Source of the DNA: Squalus acanthias
Taxonomy: Eukaryota
Length of the DNA stretch: 64,000 bases
Reading direction: 5' to 3'
Assembly: GCA_030390025.1 (NCBI GenBank)
Contig: CM059433.1
Location: 13,332,001 to 13,396,000, forward strand
Shown here: positions 61,262-64,000 of the stretch, in pieces
Layout of the letters: each line of letters opens with the position of its first letter
Numbering within the stretch: position 1 is the stretch's first letter
Notes under the pieces: generated by a model
Told to the model about the DNA's origin: nothing
What the model saw: the letters and a program-made list of their open reading frames with translations, nothing else
The model's database searches: none
Program-made: the position numbers and the translations under genes

Positions 61262-62321
61262 TGGCTTAAGGACAGAAAACAGCGAGTTGTGGTAAATGGA
61301 CGTTTTTCAGACTGGAGGATGGTAGACAGTGGTGTTTCCCCAAGGGTCAGTGCTGGGGTCACTGCTTTTTTTGATATATATAAATGACCTGGATATTGGA
61401 ATACAGAGTAGAATTTCTAAATTTTCCGATGACACCAAACTTGGGGGTGTGGCAAGCAGTGATGATGATACCAATCGACTACAACAGGACATGGAAAGGC
61501 TAGCAGAATGGGCAGACAAGTGGCAGGTGTAATTGAATACAGAGAAGTGTGAGGTGATTCATTTTGGCAGAAGGAACAGGGAGAGGCAATATACACTTAA
61601 TGGCACAGTTTTAAAGAGTGTGCAGGGACAGAGAGACCTGGGAATTAATGTGCATAGGTCCCTGAAGGTGCCAGGACATATTGAGAGAGTGATTAGCAAA
61701 GCATATGGGATCTTGGGCTTCATAAATAGAGGTATTGAGTACAAAAGTAGAGAAGTTATGCTGAACCTTTATAAAGCGCTGGTTAGGCCACAACTGGAGT
61801 ATTGCATCCAGTTCTGGTCACCACACTTTAGGAAGGATGTGAAGGCCCTTGAGAGGGTGCAGAGGAGATTTACCAGAATGGTTCCGGGGATGGGGGATCT
61901 TAGCTACAAGGACAGGTTGGAGAAGTTGGATTTGTTTTCATTAGAGCAAAGGAGGTTGAGGGGTGATTTGATAGAGGTGTACAAGATTATGATGGATTTG
62001 GATAGGCTAGACGGGGAAAGGCTGTTCCCACTAGTTAAGGACTAGGGGACACAGATTTAAGGTTTTGGGCAAGAGATACAGGGGGGATGTGAGGAAAAAC
62101 TTTTTTACACAGCGAGTGGAGAGGACCTGGAACTCGCTGCCGACGGAAGTGGTGGAAGCGGAGATACTCGATGTTTTCAAGGGGAGACTGGATAGGCACT
62201 TGAGGGAAATAAACTTGCAGGGCTACGGGGATAGAGCGGGGGAATGGGACTGACTGGATTGCTCTACAGAGAGCCGGCACGGATGGGCCGAATGGCCTCC
62301 TTCTGTGCTGTATGGCTCTAT
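61262..62321 (+). mobile_element. CR1 LINE RT C-terminal half + 3' UTR
   Basis: PQGSVLGSLLFLIYINDL, KFSDDTKL, LVRPQLEYCIQFWSP. Confidence 0.93.
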
Positions 62322-63194
62322 GGGGGAAAAATTCAGTTAGTTGCGCCTCCCGTTAGCGCCTTAAGAGGGCGCTAATGGGGCGCAAAGCAACTAGCACCCG
62401 GGCGCGGCGATGTTTGCGCCGCTCGTGAAATTAACTAGACATTTTGCGGCGGCGCTAAACACTACCGCAACGATCTCCTGCGCCGGCGGATCGTGACGTC
62501 AGTCGAGTGCGCAATGCCCCGGTAGCACCCCGGAGCAGATATTCAGTGGCGCCCCCTGCCTTACCGCCTGCCGCTAGCAACGACAGGTTGAGGGGAGCAT
62601 TTTGCAGCCAGGAAGGGACTGGGGGAGCGCTATTTAAAGGCGACCGCTTCCTGCCTTTTTTTGTTGGTAACATTTTTGCACCACGCATTCTGAGAGAGAG
62701 AGAGAGAGAGACTTCTGGAGAGATTCAACGCTGTGTGAAGGAGTTTTGGGTACTAAGCAGCACTTTGCAGATTCATTTTGATTTGCCCTTCCTTGCATCT
62801 ATTTAGAAGAGTGTGGGGGCTGCACTCTGAGCTCTTTCCCTGGTTCTCTCCATTGTTCTTTCCAGCAGATTTGATGTACAGGTCTCTCCAGGCCGAGATT
62901 CAAGGCTGCAATGAGCAGGATGTGGATGGAGAGCAAGATCAACCCACCCCTTTAAGAACTGGCCAGCGCCAGTGTGTCTCTGTTCCATTGCTGACTGACA
63001 TCACATGAGCTTCGCCAGCGCTCTGAGGTAGCGTCTCGCTCCTCGGCATTAGCGCCTTAAGAGAGGTGTGTAGCACCTAATTTAGCGCTCCAATCACCTC
63101 CAGGGGCGATAAAAGCCAAGTTTGCAGTCGGAGGGGATAATTAGCGCCAGGCGATAATTGCGGCCCAAACGGGGCGATACTGAATTTTTCCCCC
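62322..63194 (-). mobile_element. Complete 873-bp non-autonomous derivative of the young Harbinger lineage, inserted in a CR1 tail
   Basis: TIR GGGGGAAAAATTCAG / CTGAATTTTTCCCCC; both ends match the autonomous element; flanks CTCTAT / ATGACTCT. Confidence 0.88.
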
Positions 63195-63317
63195 ATGACT
63201 CTAAGCGGCTGTTTCACCTGGGGAGAGAGATGGTTTAAAATCGGGGCCATAGAAGGAGTGCTCATGTTGTGGCCTCTGTCAGGCTGTTAATCAACCTGCA
63301 AATCCTTCTACTACTTT

Positions 63318-63700
63318 ACAACAACAATGTGTATTTATATAGCGCCTTTAACGTAGTAAAACATCCCAAGGTGCTTCACAGGAGTATTATCAAACAAAAT
63401 TTGATACCGAGCCACATGAGATATTAGGGCAGATGACCAAAAACTTGGTCAAAGAGATAGATTTTAAGGTGTGTCGTATAGGAGGAAAGAGAGGTAGAAA
63501 CATAGAAAAATAGAAAAATAGGCCCTTCGAGCCTGCTCCGCCATTCAATATGATCATGGCTGATCCTCTATCTCAATACCATATTCCCGCTCTCTCCCCA
63601 TAGGTAGAGAGGTTTAGGCAGGGAATTCCAGAGCTCAGGGCCTTGGCAGCTGAAGGCACGGCCGCCAATGGTGAAGCAATTCAAATCGGGGATTTTACAG
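63318..63700 (-). mobile_element. L2 3' fragment with a small CR1 tail insertion (~63498-63601)
   Basis: homology to 3642-4032; AGGTAGA duplicated around the CR1 piece. Confidence 0.7.
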
Positions 63701-64000
63701 TAGTCTCATTTGGTAATGGATAAGATATGGGATTTGAAACTCAGCTCTGGGTTGAATAGGACATTGAAACTCAGCCTGAGTGAGAAACTGGACAAAGGAC
63801 AAAGGACAGAACTTCAAAGGTGAGAGTGCAAAACAAACAGGTGAAAACAAACAGTCGCCCGTTAGTCATCTCTCCCGATTTTAATTTCCATCCACTTCAA
63901 TAATTCTAAAACGGCCGGTTGATCCGATATCGCCAGTTTTGCACTATCGCCCAAAGTCAAAATGATCCCCAATGAATTCAATCTTCCTGATGTTAAGTCG

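Overview
Eukaryotic, almost entirely repeat-derived window. The repeat complement (CR1 and L2 LINEs, DeuSINE/SacSINE1-like and LF-SINE-like SINEs, Penelope-like elements) suggests a cartilaginous fish (inference); no host protein-coding gene could be identified with confidence. The dominant features are PIF/Harbinger DNA transposons: two near-identical young ~4.2-kb copies (6973-11185, 14944-19094), each with a 3-exon Myb/SANT gene convergent with a HARBI1-like DDE transposase; an older 12.9-kb nested Harbinger (11636-24515); and many Harbinger-type MITEs. Penelope-like retroelements occur as fold-back (inverted) insertions with 12-13-bp TSDs and carry minimal hammerhead ribozymes (two families). 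Most notable: both young Harbinger copies abut the same TTG/CAA triplet of the Penelope terminal repeat, 20 nt downstream of the predicted hammerhead cleavage site, in opposite relative orientations. Related Harbinger/MITE ends repeatedly sit in the (TATGACTC)n 3' tail of CR1 LINEs, suggesting a sequence-specific Harbinger system that targets retrotransposon 3' ends through a shared motif (~RACTS-TWK-GACT). The two young copies carry complementary inactivating lesions. Coordinates of old, decayed repeats are approximate; no database searches were run.
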